Shown: positions 1-9,064 of the stretch, in pieces | Position numbering within the stretch: position 1 is the first letter of the stretch | How the letters are laid out: each line of letters begins with the position of its first letter | Assembly (NCBI GenBank): GCA_036012755.1 | Contig: DASCPX010000075.1 | Span: 1-18,887 of the forward strand | DNA length: 18,887 nt | Direction of reading: 5' to 3' | From: Myxococcota bacterium | GTDB taxonomy: Bacteria; Myxococcota_A; UBA796; CAJQPC01 | Notes under the pieces: generated by a model | Databases searched by the model: none | Seen by the model: only the letters and a program-made list of their open reading frames with translations | Told to the model about the DNA's origin: nothing | Program-made: the position numbers and the translations under genes

Positions 1-363
1 CGGCGGGCACGGCGCATCCAGATGCTGGGTGGGCGGCCCTTTCGGCTTCCTCCTCGCTGCGCGAACTGCGACGGCTACGGGCTCCACGCCGGGGTCGTGA
101 TCGGAGCGGGCAAGCGCGCGGGACTGGAGAGGCTGGGGCGGTACATCGCCCGCCCTCCCCTGGCGAAGACCCGGCTGGAGGAGCGGACGGACGGAGACCT
201 CTGCATCACGCTGAAGCGACCTTGGGCGGAAGGCACGACGGCGATCGTGCTCAGCCGCCTGGAACTACTGGAGCGCCTGGCCGCACTGGTTCCTCCACCG
301 CGCGCGAACCAGATCCTCTACCACGGGGTCCTGGCGCCCCGTTCGGCGTTGCGCTCGGCCATA
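1..363 (+). pseudogene. IS91-family (Y2 rolling-circle) transposase, C-terminal part; begins before the window and appears truncated near 363
   Basis: Frame is open from base 1. It reads GYGLHAGV..LERLGRYIARPPLAKTRL..LKRPW.EGT..LELLERLAALVPPPRANQILYHGVLAP, the typical IS91/Y2_Tnp C-terminal blocks. After RSALRSAI the ORF (to 615) loses resemblance and overlaps a Sel1 repeat in another frame. Confidence 0.8.
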
Positions 364-398
364 GCAGGCGGTTCAAGTTCGTCCGCAACCGCGGCTGG

Positions 399-575
399 GT
401 GGCCGATTCGTGCATTACGAACGCTCAGGTCGCGCTGGGCTGGCGCTACCAGACCGGTTCGGGGGTCGCGAAAGACCTGGCTGAAGCGGTGCGGTGGTAC
501 AGAAAGGCTGCCCAACAGGGAACCACCGACGCCCAGCGGGCGCTGGACGATCTGGCAGCTTCTACGGGGCGCTAA
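399..575 (+). pseudogene. Sel1-like repeat protein, 3' remnant (about one repeat)
   Basis: NAQVALGWRYQTGSGVAKDLAEAVRWYRKAAQQGTTDAQRAL matches the Sel1 consensus; ends at TAA 573-575; no convincing intact 5' region. Confidence 0.75.
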
Positions 576-603
576 ACGAGTCTTGAACGCGTATTTCGGT
601 CAC

Positions 604-624
604 GGGGTGCGGTAACCGCACCCC
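604..624. terminator. Perfect inverted repeat between convergent genes (terminator-like or REP-like hairpin)
   Basis: GGGGTGCGGT-A-ACCGCACCCC, 10-bp arms; no U-tract on either side, so function is uncertain. Confidence 0.4.
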
Positions 625-653
625 TAAGGGCTGGGGATTACTGGACTCCTGCA

Positions 654-2648
654 CTACGGCGAGTAGCCGAGCATCGTCTCCCGGTCCCCTTCGACGGCCC
701 AGGTCCACTCCAGCTCTCCCAGGCGGTAGTAGAGCAACAGCTCCGTGCCTCCGGCGAGCGGGCGCTCCAGCATGCCGCTGCCCCTCTTCTGGACCCGCAC
801 CACCAGCTCGTCGTTGGTGTGGAGCTGCAGGGGCTCCAGCCAGTCGGCGGTGGACACGAGCACCCGACCCTCGCCGTCGAGCAGCGAAGAGGCCCGGACT
901 CCCTTGAGCTCCGGGACCGCCAGGACCATCTCGGCCAGCGGTTCGAGAGCGAGGTCGAGGCCAGCGACTCCGACGAAGCCCTCGTCGCTCGACAGCGCGA
1001 TGCTGCAAGGGAGCATCAGCCCCCGGCCCAGCGCGTCCTCGTAGGGAGCTCCCCAGACAGGGTCGCGTGAGCCGACCGCCTGCCTGTACCAGGGGCGCTG
1101 GCGGGGGTCGAAGCCCTCTGGCAGATCCCCGGGCGGGTGGATGGCAACCGCGCCGTCAGCGAAGCCGACGAAGGCGTCCAGGATGACCCCGTCGCCGTGG
1201 TCCACAGCCAGGCGCAGCGGACGGTCGAGCGTAGAGGCGCCCGCGCTCTGCTCGGCGGCCGCGGCGAGGGCGCGCACCTCTCCTTCGTAGGCGAGGAACG
1301 CGCTGGTGACGACGTAGCTCTGGCGAGAGGCCCGGGCGAGCAGGACGTCCATGACCTCGTCGGCCCGGCGGTCCGCTGCCCGCTCGGTCTGGCGTCGATA
1401 GAGGCCACCGCTGATCGAGGCGAAGATGATGACCAGCAGCCCGACCAACAGCAGCAGGGTCCCGTGGCGGTGGCGGACGAGGCTGCGCTCGACTCGCCGA
1501 ACGACGTTGTCCGGCCGCGCGGCCACCTCCTCGTCGTCGAGGTAGCGCTGCAGGTCGGCGGCGAACTCACGCACCCCGGCGTAGCGCTGGGTCTGCTCCG
1601 GGGCGCAGGCTACATCCAGGATCGCGACGAGCTCGGGGTCGAGGGGCTCGAGGCCCGCGACCGGCTGCGGGGGCCGCCTGATCGCGACCCGGGCGGCGCC
1701 GAGGAGCTCGGTTGCGTCGAGACCCGGGCGAGCCCGCTCCAGGGTGAGCAGCTCCTGGAGGATTATGCCGAGGGCGTACTGATCCGCCGCCCCGGCCACG
1801 TCCCCCGCAGCGATCGCCTGCTCGGGGGCCATGTACGCGGGAGTCCCGATGGCCACCCCGATCTGCGTGGCCTCGATGGACTCGTCGAAGGGCATCTCGG
1901 CGAACCCGACGTCGTTGCCGTCGACGTGACGCGCGATGCCCCAGTCCATCACGTAGACCTCGCCGTGGGCTCCGCGCATGATGTTGCTGGGCTTCAGGTC
2001 CCGGTGCATGAAGCCGCGTGAGTGCGCATAGCTCACGGCCTCGCAGGCGCGCAGCAGCAGGCGGATCCGCGCCGGGAGGGAGAACACCTCGGGCAGCCGT
2101 CCGTGAGCCGCGAGCGTGTGGCGTGCCTCGGCGATGAGCTCCTTGAGCGTGTCGCCCTGGACCAGCTTCATCGTGTAGGCGATCTCCGAGCCGGCCCGCT
2201 CCAGCCGGTAGACCGGGATGATGGCGGGGTGCTCCAGCTGGGCCGTGATCTGGGCCTCGCGGTAAAAGCGCGACACCGTCTCGCGCTCGCCGAGCACCTC
2301 TGGCAACAGCCGCTTCAGCGCGACGCGACGACCAAGGTCCTGCTCGCGCACGACGAGGACCTCGCCGACGCCGCCCCGCCCGACCTGCCCGAGCACGTCG
2401 TAGCCCTCGACCGTGCCGTCTTCGATCATCTCGATGCTGGCCTCGGGCAACATGCCGATGGAATCGAGCCCGGCGATGCGGAGGTCGCCGGTGCCCTCCA
2501 GCGCGACGAAGGTCTCCATGTCGATGTGGCCGTGCTCGTGCAGCCAGCCGAGGAAGCGGTCAGCGTCGTCCTCGCCGAACTCCGACCACAGCCCGTCGAG
2601 GGCCTCGGCGTCGATGGGGAGTCTCTCCCGAAGACCGTCGAGCGGCAT
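654..2648 (-). CDS. Membrane Ser/Thr (Hanks) protein kinase with C-terminal extracytoplasmic Cache (dCache-like) sensor domain
   Basis: GRGGVG, VALK, HRDLKPSN, DWG, GTPAYMAPEQ; TM segment GTLLLLVGLLVIIFASISGGLY; Cache signature FDPRQRPWY..PVWGAPYED..FVGVAGLDL. Confidence 0.92.
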   Translation of the reverse strand: MPLDGLRERLPIDAEALDGLWSEFGEDDADRFLGWLHEHGHIDMETFVALEGTGDLRIAGLDSIGMLPEASIEMIEDGTVEGYDVLGQVGRGGVGEVLVVREQDLGRRVALKRLLPEVLGERETVSRFYREAQITAQLEHPAIIPVYRLERAGSEIAYTMKLVQGDTLKELIAEARHTLAAHGRLPEVFSLPARIRLLLRACEAVSYAHSRGFMHRDLKPSNIMRGAHGEVYVMDWGIARHVDGNDVGFAEMPFDESIEATQIGVAIGTPAYMAPEQAIAAGDVAGAADQYALGIILQELLTLERARPGLDATELLGAARVAIRRPPQPVAGLEPLDPELVAILDVACAPEQTQRYAGVREFAADLQRYLDDEEVAARPDNVVRRVERSLVRHRHGTLLLLVGLLVIIFASISGGLYRRQTERAADRRADEVMDVLLARASRQSYVVTSAFLAYEGEVRALAAAAEQSAGASTLDRPLRLAVDHGDGVILDAFVGFADGAVAIHPPGDLPEGFDPRQRPWYRQAVGSRDPVWGAPYEDALGRGLMLPCSIALSSDEGFVGVAGLDLALEPLAEMVLAVPELKGVRASSLLDGEGRVLVSTADWLEPLQLHTNDELVVRVQKRGSGMLERPLAGGTELLLYYRLGELEWTWAVEGDRETMLGYSP

Positions 2649-2707
2649 GCCCGATCCTAATCCTCCTGGCGGATCGACGGCTCCGGGTGGCGCAATATGA
2701 TGTTGTC

Positions 2708-3469
2708 GTGCGGACCGTGGAACTCGACCCGACGCTGCTCGGTGCGCTGCCCCCAGAGGGTCGCACCAACCAGTGGCGCGGCCTGCTGTTGAGCGCGAAC
2801 CTGATGATCGACCTGCCCCCGAGAGCGCCGGGCGAGAGTCCTCCGCTCCAGACCATTCGAGCCATCCAGGACTCCTTCGCGGACCTGCCTGGTCTGCAGG
2901 ACGAAGTCAGCGCGATCGCCCAGCCTCTGAGCTGGCAGGCAGGCGAGGTGCCGCCGGAGGTCTGGGCTGGCATCGCTGGCTTCTTCTTCCTGCTGCTCTG
3001 GCTGACGAACAGCCTGCTCGTCGCCATGTGCGGCGCGCCGGTCCTCCTGGCTCCGGTAGCCATCATCGGGCTCACCGTCTTCAGCGTCCTGGAGCTCAAC
3101 CGGCGCAAGCTCCTGGGGCTCAAGGAGCACGACCTGCTCGTGAACCGCGGCGAGCTCGCCGGACTGGTCGTGGCCTTGCTCGAGCGCGACTTCGTCTGCC
3201 GCGCGGGCGACGACATCGTGATCTTCAACGCGCCCTCGCTCCTGTGGTTGCGCCACAGGCGAGACGAGAACATGAAGCAGGAGCTCGAGGGCTTCCTGCG
3301 CGAGCGGGTCGAGGCCGCCAAGCGCGAGTTCGACGCTGTCCTCGAGGAGGCCCCGACCTTTGCGCCGGTCGAGATCGATCTCGCCCCGGTCAGGGAGCGC
3401 CTGAAGGAAGCGGGGCGACCAATGCGACTTCACCCGGAGATCGACCGGGCTCTGTCGGGCGAGGACTGA
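2708..3469 (+). CDS. Hypothetical membrane protein (about two central TM helices, charged helical C-terminus)
   Basis: Fits between neighbours with high-GC3 codons; hydrophobic stretch WAGIAGFFFLLLWLTNSLLVAMCGAPVLLAPVAIIGLTVFSVL. Start placed at GTG 2708 (6 nt after TATGAT); the track start at 2687 is the alternative. Confidence 0.7.
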   Translation: MRTVELDPTLLGALPPEGRTNQWRGLLLSANLMIDLPPRAPGESPPLQTIRAIQDSFADLPGLQDEVSAIAQPLSWQAGEVPPEVWAGIAGFFFLLLWLTNSLLVAMCGAPVLLAPVAIIGLTVFSVLELNRRKLLGLKEHDLLVNRGELAGLVVALLERDFVCRAGDDIVIFNAPSLLWLRHRRDENMKQELEGFLRERVEAAKREFDAVLEEAPTFAPVEIDLAPVRERLKEAGRPMRLHPEIDRALSGED

Positions 3470-4543
3470 TCAGCCCGCGTCGTTCCAGTGGGGGTAGTCC
3501 GAGCGGAGCTTGGTGACGGCGAAGTGGGCCTCCACCCACTCGATGATCTGCGGCGACAGCGACAGGTCGCGGGTCTCGTTCGGATCGGAGAGATCGAAGG
3601 TCTTCTGGAAGCCATCGGGAGCTCTCAGCCTGACCGAGCGCGGCATGTCGAGGACGACGAGATCGGCTGCGACGCCGTCGTAGTGGTTCGAGCTCCTCGC
3701 CCCCTTCTCGGTCGCGTAGACGACGTCGTAGGCATCCGCCATCTGGCGCGCCGCTTCCTTGGTGGCCTCCCAGCCGCCGGGGGCCTCCCAGACGATCTGG
3801 GTGAACAGGCCCCACTCCTCGTTCACCCTCGAGAGCTTGGACTGCTTCGCCTTCAGCTCCGCCTCCGAGGACGCCCTGGAGAGCTCGAAGGCGCCCCACA
3901 TCAGGTAGCCGCGATGCCGACTCCGCACGGTCGAGGTCACGTAGACCTCTGCGCCCTGCTCCTCGAGCTGGCCCAGCAGCGACGCGATGCGATCGGCGAA
4001 GCCCTCGTTCTCGTCGCGCAACAGCTGCATCAGCGCGTCGCGGTCAGATGGGTTCGGGTAGCGCGCGCTCCACTCCGGACCGAGGATCGAACCGTCCGGT
4101 GCCGGGTCGTAGCTCTCCGGTCGCTCCGGGCGATCGACCGCGACGGCCTTGCCGCCGTAGCTCCGGACCTCGCCCTCGAAGACCTCGTCGGGGTGGATCA
4201 CGATGCCCGCCGACCGCAGGCGACCGGTGGGCACGACGACCTCCTGGCCCCGCTCCCCGTGGGCGAGCACGTCGTCGACGAACAGCAGCAGATCGGTGAG
4301 ATCGAAGGGACGGCCCAGGTCCTCGCGCAACGCACGAAGGATCTCGGGGTCCGTACTGGCCGCGATCTTCGACAGTCGAGGTCCGTCCACGACGACTCCG
4401 GCGAGCTCCAGCTCCCAGGCTCCTAGCTTCTCACCAGCGTCCACGAGCATGGAGCGGCCGTCACCCGGGGTGAGCACGTCCCAGTCGCGGTCGGCGGGGA
4501 TCGTGCCTGGAGCGGCGAGGGCGAGTGATGCGAGGAGGATCAT
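3470..4543 (-). CDS. Secreted peptidase M15-family (VanY/L-Ala-D-Glu endopeptidase-like) zinc cell-wall peptidase
   Basis: Signal peptide MILLASLALA; VTSTVRS (conserved Arg), SNHYDGVAAD (SxHxxGxAxD) and C-terminal DYPHW (D/ExxH). Confidence 0.75.
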   Translation of the reverse strand: MILLASLALAAPGTIPADRDWDVLTPGDGRSMLVDAGEKLGAWELELAGVVVDGPRLSKIAASTDPEILRALREDLGRPFDLTDLLLFVDDVLAHGERGQEVVVPTGRLRSAGIVIHPDEVFEGEVRSYGGKAVAVDRPERPESYDPAPDGSILGPEWSARYPNPSDRDALMQLLRDENEGFADRIASLLGQLEEQGAEVYVTSTVRSRHRGYLMWGAFELSRASSEAELKAKQSKLSRVNEEWGLFTQIVWEAPGGWEATKEAARQMADAYDVVYATEKGARSSNHYDGVAADLVVLDMPRSVRLRAPDGFQKTFDLSDPNETRDLSLSPQIIEWVEAHFAVTKLRSDYPHWNDAG

Positions 4544-4558
4544 GCTTGTTCGGACCCC

Positions 4559-5512
4559 TCAGTCGAGCACGCCGTTCCGAGGCTGGTGCAAGGGCGGGAG
4601 GTGCTCGTCGCCGAGACGCTGGCGCAGGTTGATCTCGATCATGCGGGACAGCGCCATCAGCGGCAGGTCGTTCGGGTCGTAGCCGAAGGGCTCCTCGATC
4701 TCGTCGCCGATGGCGTCGAGCCCGTAGAAGGCGAAGCTCACGAAGGCGACGACCAGGGGGGTGAAGAGCCCCACGGTGTCGTGGAGCCCGAAGGTGAGCG
4801 CGATGCAGTAGACGCCGACGAAGCGGTGGGTCAGCACCTGGTAGACGAAGGGCACCGGCGTCGACTTGATGCGCTCGCAGGCGCCCTGGACGCCGATCAT
4901 CTCCGTCAGCGAGGCGTCGATGTTGGCTAAGAGGTGGGCCTCGATCCAGCCCCTGCGGAAGGCATCGGCCAACAGCTCGCCGCTGCGGTGGGAGATCGCG
5001 GCGGGGCGGTTGGACTCGGGCTTCAGCGCCGCCCGCTCCGCCTCTCCGATGAAGGGATCGAGCTGGGTCCACTGCTCCCAGATCTCGTCTCGCAGGTGCA
5101 TCCGCAGGGCGTGCACGTAGGCGATGTGCCTGCGCACCAGCTCCTCGCCGAGGACCCGCGCGCGCTGCTTCTCGGTGGGGGGGGCCCGGTCGCCGGGGTG
5201 GATCAGGGTCAGCACCTGCCGCGTGAAGGTGCGGCTGACGTTGACCATGCGCCCCCAGAGCTTGCGTCCCTCCCAGAAGCGGTCGTAGGAGGTGTTGTTC
5301 CGAAAGCCCAGGAAGATCGACAGCGCCACGCCCACCAGCGCGAAGGGTGTCGTCGAGAGCGTGAAGCGCTCCAGCCCCCACACCCCCCACAAGAGCGTCA
5401 CGACAGCCGAGAAGGCCGTCGTCATCACGATGCGCTTCCAGGTCTGGGGAAGGGTCGAGCCCTTCACCATCAGCGTCATGCGCAGCCATTTCTTCGGGAC
5501 GCCGACGATCAC
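4559..5512 (-). CDS. Bestrophin family ion channel (YneE-like)
   Basis: FRNNTSYDRFWEGRKLWG, CERIKSTPVPF, EIEEPFGYDPNDLPL; four hydrophobic segments; GGAGG just upstream of the GTG. Confidence 0.95.
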   Translation of the reverse strand: MIVGVPKKWLRMTLMVKGSTLPQTWKRIVMTTAFSAVVTLLWGVWGLERFTLSTTPFALVGVALSIFLGFRNNTSYDRFWEGRKLWGRMVNVSRTFTRQVLTLIHPGDRAPPTEKQRARVLGEELVRRHIAYVHALRMHLRDEIWEQWTQLDPFIGEAERAALKPESNRPAAISHRSGELLADAFRRGWIEAHLLANIDASLTEMIGVQGACERIKSTPVPFVYQVLTHRFVGVYCIALTFGLHDTVGLFTPLVVAFVSFAFYGLDAIGDEIEEPFGYDPNDLPLMALSRMIEINLRQRLGDEHLPPLHQPRNGVLD

Positions 5513-5586
5513 GAGTCCTCCGGGGCAGGCGACCTAACTTGACGAGGAGCGCATCGCCGTGAGGCGCTGGGCGACCGCCGCAGGCC

Positions 5587-8500
5587 TCAGGTATCGGGGC
5601 CGAGCAGCTCACCCACCCGGTCGCGCTGTTCTGGCCGCCCAAGGCGCTCCCACTGCTCGGCGGCCAGGGTGTATGCCTGCTCCGCCCGGTCGAGGAAGCC
5701 CGCACGGTTCGCGCGGTCACCCGCTCGCTCGAAGAAGCGGGCGAAGTCGACCTCCGCAAGCCTCGCACCCTTCAACGCCGCCAGGTGGAGCTGCCAGGCC
5801 CCGTCGTGGTTCAGGTCCGCCGAGCACACCAGCAGGCCGAGGTGGGCTCCCAGCTGAGGCAGGCGGGTCCTGGCATCGCGCAGGCACCCCCGAAGGTGGA
5901 CCCGACCCTCGTCGATGTCCCCCGCCGCGACGGCGAGGAGCCCGACGTTCAGCCGGGCCAGCGTCGCCGAGTGATGCCCGATGCGCTCGAAGGTGGCCCA
6001 CGCCCTGCGGTAGTGAGCCTCCGCGAAGTCCGGCTGGTCGCTGCCCCGCATCAGGTCCCCTCGAGCCAGGGCCACGCTCGCGACGAGGAAGGGCTCACTC
6101 GCGGAGAGGGCCTCCGCGCGGTCCAGGGCGGCGCTCGCGGCCTCGGCGTGGTCGAGCTGGACGGCGATCAGCGCCTTGTTCACGTGGGCCCTGGCGGTCC
6201 AGTCCTGGCCGGTCGGGCAGACGGAGAGAGCCTCGTCGAGGACCGTCGCGGAGGCCTCCAGGTCCCCTCGTCGCCGCAAGGTGACGCCGCGCTCGTAGAG
6301 GCACAGGCCCCTCAGGTCGGCGTCGTCGAGGGCCACCGCGATGCGATGGGCGGCCTCGACCGACTCAGAGGCCGCCTCCAGCTGACCCAGGGAGCGCAGC
6401 CCGGAAGCCTCGGAGAGCAAGGCACGAGCACACAGATCGCTGCCATCCTCGCTGGCGGACAGCGCCCTCTCGGTCCACCTCCCGACCCCGGAGAGATCGC
6501 CCCGGAGACTGCTGACGCGAGCATGGAGCAGCCAGCCCTCGATCCGTGGTGGCGCGTCGAGGCCGACTTCGAGCAGATCCAACGCCGCGTCCCGCTCCTC
6601 CAGGAGGCGCTCCGCAGCCGGATACCGGCCCTCCAGGACTCGGCGTTCGGCCCCCTCCAACAGCGCGGCGATCGCCTCCTGAGGCCGACCGGCGGCGACG
6701 AGGTGCCGCCCCAATCGAGCGGGCTGGTCCCGCGTGCGGATCGCGTCCGCGCATGCAAGGTGGAGGCGGGGGGCGCGGGAGACCGCTCCGGCGACGATCG
6801 ACTCCCGCAGCATCGCGTGGGCGAAGCCTCGCCGGTCGCCCTCGATCCGCGCCAGGCGTCGGGTCTCCATCTCCCTCCACAGCTCCTCCGGCGGCGACAC
6901 CCCCGCTGCTCGATTCGCGCTCTCCCACACCGACAGGCTGATGTCGAGGCCCAGCAGCGCCGCCAGCTCCAGGGGGGTGCGCCAGTCCTCGCGACCATCG
7001 AGCAGGCGCGCGACCCGCGCGGTCCACACGGCGCGGATGGACTCGGGCAGCTCCGAGGAGGAGCCCTCCGCCAGCACCAGGCCCTCGACTCCCGGAATGA
7101 GCACACCCCGTTCGACCCAGTCGCCCACCAGCTGGACCGCGAACAGGGGGTTCCCGCCGCTGCGCTCGGACAGGTCCGTCGCCAGGCTCGGCGCCAGCCC
7201 CAGACCGCGAAGCAGCGAGGCGCCAGCGCCCTCCTCGAGGGGGGGGAGGTCGATGACGTCCACGCGGTCGTGCATCGCCAGGCGCTCCAGGGTGTGGCGC
7301 TCTGCAGCCCGCTCGGCGAGGGTCTCTTCCTGGGCGGTCATCACGAACAGCACCGGCAGCCGCTTCTCCAACAAGGCCTCGGCGAAGAGCATGCTGTCGA
7401 GCCCCCAGTGCACGTCGTCGAGGAAGCAGACCACCGGCCGCAGCCGCGCCAGGCGCTCGATGTAGCGGCGGGCCACCGCGAAGCGTCCGTCTCGATCGAG
7501 CCGCATGCCGATGCCGCTGCCGCGGAGCTCCCGGGCAGAGGCGGGTTGGACGAGCTCCGTTAGGGCGAGGACCTCGTCGAGGTCGTCGATCCCGATGCGA
7601 GAGAGCACACGGGTGAGCCTGCCGAGGACCTCTCCGCGACGCCGAGCCGCGCAGTGGGTGTGGCGACCGATGAGCTCGGAGAGGCCGTCTCGGAGGCCGT
7701 CTCGCTGCGGACGGTGGCCCGCGACGAGGCGCTCGGCGACCCCCAGCTCGTGGACCCGCCTGACCAGCCAGCGTCCCAGCCGCGTCTTGCCGCAGCCCGC
7801 CGGACCTCGGAGCACGATGATGCGCGGCCGCCGGCGACGCGTGGTCTCGACCAGGCCGTCCCAGACCATGCCGCGCTCCTCCTCGCGAGAGACCAGCGGC
7901 GGCTCGCGGAGGCCGTGGAGGCCGAGCCCGGCACCCACCAGCTCCGGGCGGGCCGGGTCCGACAGCCCCCAGCGCCAGTCGGTCGGGACCGCGGTGATGA
8001 AGGACAGGGAGTGAGAGGAGGGCTCGTTGGTGAGCATGAGCGGCATCAGCGTCACGGTCGTGTCGTCGAGTTCGACCAACACCGGCGTCCCGGCCCCCTC
8101 CACCCCCGGGAGGTCCAGCAGCGTCCGAGCGGCCTCTGCTGCGAAGCGTGGGCGTCGGGAGGGCTGCTTGTCCAGCAGCCTGCCCAGCCAGGCTTCCAGC
8201 CCCGGCGGCACCGGAAAGCAGGGGTTCAGCGGCGGCAGATCGGCCTCGAGGTGCCCCTGGGCCATCGCATCCGGGCTGCCCTCGAAGGGGCGGCGTCCGG
8301 CGACCAGCCACCAGGCGAGCACCCCCAGGCTGTAGATGTCGGTCCACGGACCCTGGTCGGCCCAGCGGCGCTCGATCTGCTCTGGCGCGGTCCAGGCCGC
8401 CGTCCCACCGCCGAAGGGGGCCCGAGCCCGACCGGAGAGGTGGCGATCGACCAGGTAGGCCATGCCGAAGTCGCTGAGCTTGATGCCCGGACGCCGACCG

Positions 8501-8943
8501 CCGAAGAGCACGTTCGCCGGCTTCAGGTCCCGGTGGATGACCCCTCGCGCGTGGGCATGGGCCAGGGCGTCGAGCAGCTCCAGGAGCAGCCTCCGCGTGC
8601 CCGCCCAGTTCGTCGGGGTGTTCTCGAGCAGCGTGCGACCCGGGCAGTACTCCATCGCCAGCCAGGGCGTTCCGACCTGCAGCTTGCCCCGGCTGGCCTC
8701 ACGAGCGTCCTCTTCGACGACACCCTGGTCGTAGAGCCAGACGATGTGCGGGTGCTCCATCCCGGCGACCGCGCGGACTTCGTTGCGGAGCCCCTCGAGC
8801 AGCGTCCTCGAGCGCGCCTCCGGGCGCAGCACCTTGATCGCCACGGTCACACCCTGGCGCCGATGACGCGCACGCCAGACAATGCCCATCCCGCCTCGCG
8901 AGATGGCTTCGATGAGCTCGAATGGCCCGAGCTGTACGGCCAT
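5587..8943 (-). CDS. Ser/Thr kinase fused to AAA/STAND-type ATPase and TPR-like helical repeats
   Basis: RGGMG, VAIK, HRDLKPAN, DFG, APEQ, DIYSLG; Walker A GPAGCGKT, Walker B FLDDVHW, GGNPLF motif; Ala/Leu-rich helical C-terminus. Confidence 0.93.
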   Translation of the reverse strand: MAVQLGPFELIEAISRGGMGIVWRARHRRQGVTVAIKVLRPEARSRTLLEGLRNEVRAVAGMEHPHIVWLYDQGVVEEDAREASRGKLQVGTPWLAMEYCPGRTLLENTPTNWAGTRRLLLELLDALAHAHARGVIHRDLKPANVLFGGRRPGIKLSDFGMAYLVDRHLSGRARAPFGGGTAAWTAPEQIERRWADQGPWTDIYSLGVLAWWLVAGRRPFEGSPDAMAQGHLEADLPPLNPCFPVPPGLEAWLGRLLDKQPSRRPRFAAEAARTLLDLPGVEGAGTPVLVELDDTTVTLMPLMLTNEPSSHSLSFITAVPTDWRWGLSDPARPELVGAGLGLHGLREPPLVSREEERGMVWDGLVETTRRRRPRIIVLRGPAGCGKTRLGRWLVRRVHELGVAERLVAGHRPQRDGLRDGLSELIGRHTHCAARRRGEVLGRLTRVLSRIGIDDLDEVLALTELVQPASARELRGSGIGMRLDRDGRFAVARRYIERLARLRPVVCFLDDVHWGLDSMLFAEALLEKRLPVLFVMTAQEETLAERAAERHTLERLAMHDRVDVIDLPPLEEGAGASLLRGLGLAPSLATDLSERSGGNPLFAVQLVGDWVERGVLIPGVEGLVLAEGSSSELPESIRAVWTARVARLLDGREDWRTPLELAALLGLDISLSVWESANRAAGVSPPEELWREMETRRLARIEGDRRGFAHAMLRESIVAGAVSRAPRLHLACADAIRTRDQPARLGRHLVAAGRPQEAIAALLEGAERRVLEGRYPAAERLLEERDAALDLLEVGLDAPPRIEGWLLHARVSSLRGDLSGVGRWTERALSASEDGSDLCARALLSEASGLRSLGQLEAASESVEAAHRIAVALDDADLRGLCLYERGVTLRRRGDLEASATVLDEALSVCPTGQDWTARAHVNKALIAVQLDHAEAASAALDRAEALSASEPFLVASVALARGDLMRGSDQPDFAEAHYRRAWATFERIGHHSATLARLNVGLLAVAAGDIDEGRVHLRGCLRDARTRLPQLGAHLGLLVCSADLNHDGAWQLHLAALKGARLAEVDFARFFERAGDRANRAGFLDRAEQAYTLAAEQWERLGRPEQRDRVGELLGPDT

Positions 8944-9064
8944 ACCGGGACCTTAGCGTCCTCGCACCGAACCCGCCGAGTGACCCTGAACGGGGAGGCG
9001 AGCTGGGAACACTTCACGGACGCCGGACGTTGGCTCCACGACGCACCGACTACCTTTGGGCGCG

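Noticed and set aside
364..615. Transposase ORF 22..615 as a complete gene
   Set aside because: The frame is open upstream of the window, and the last 80 aa or so are off-frame readthrough of the Sel1 remnant.
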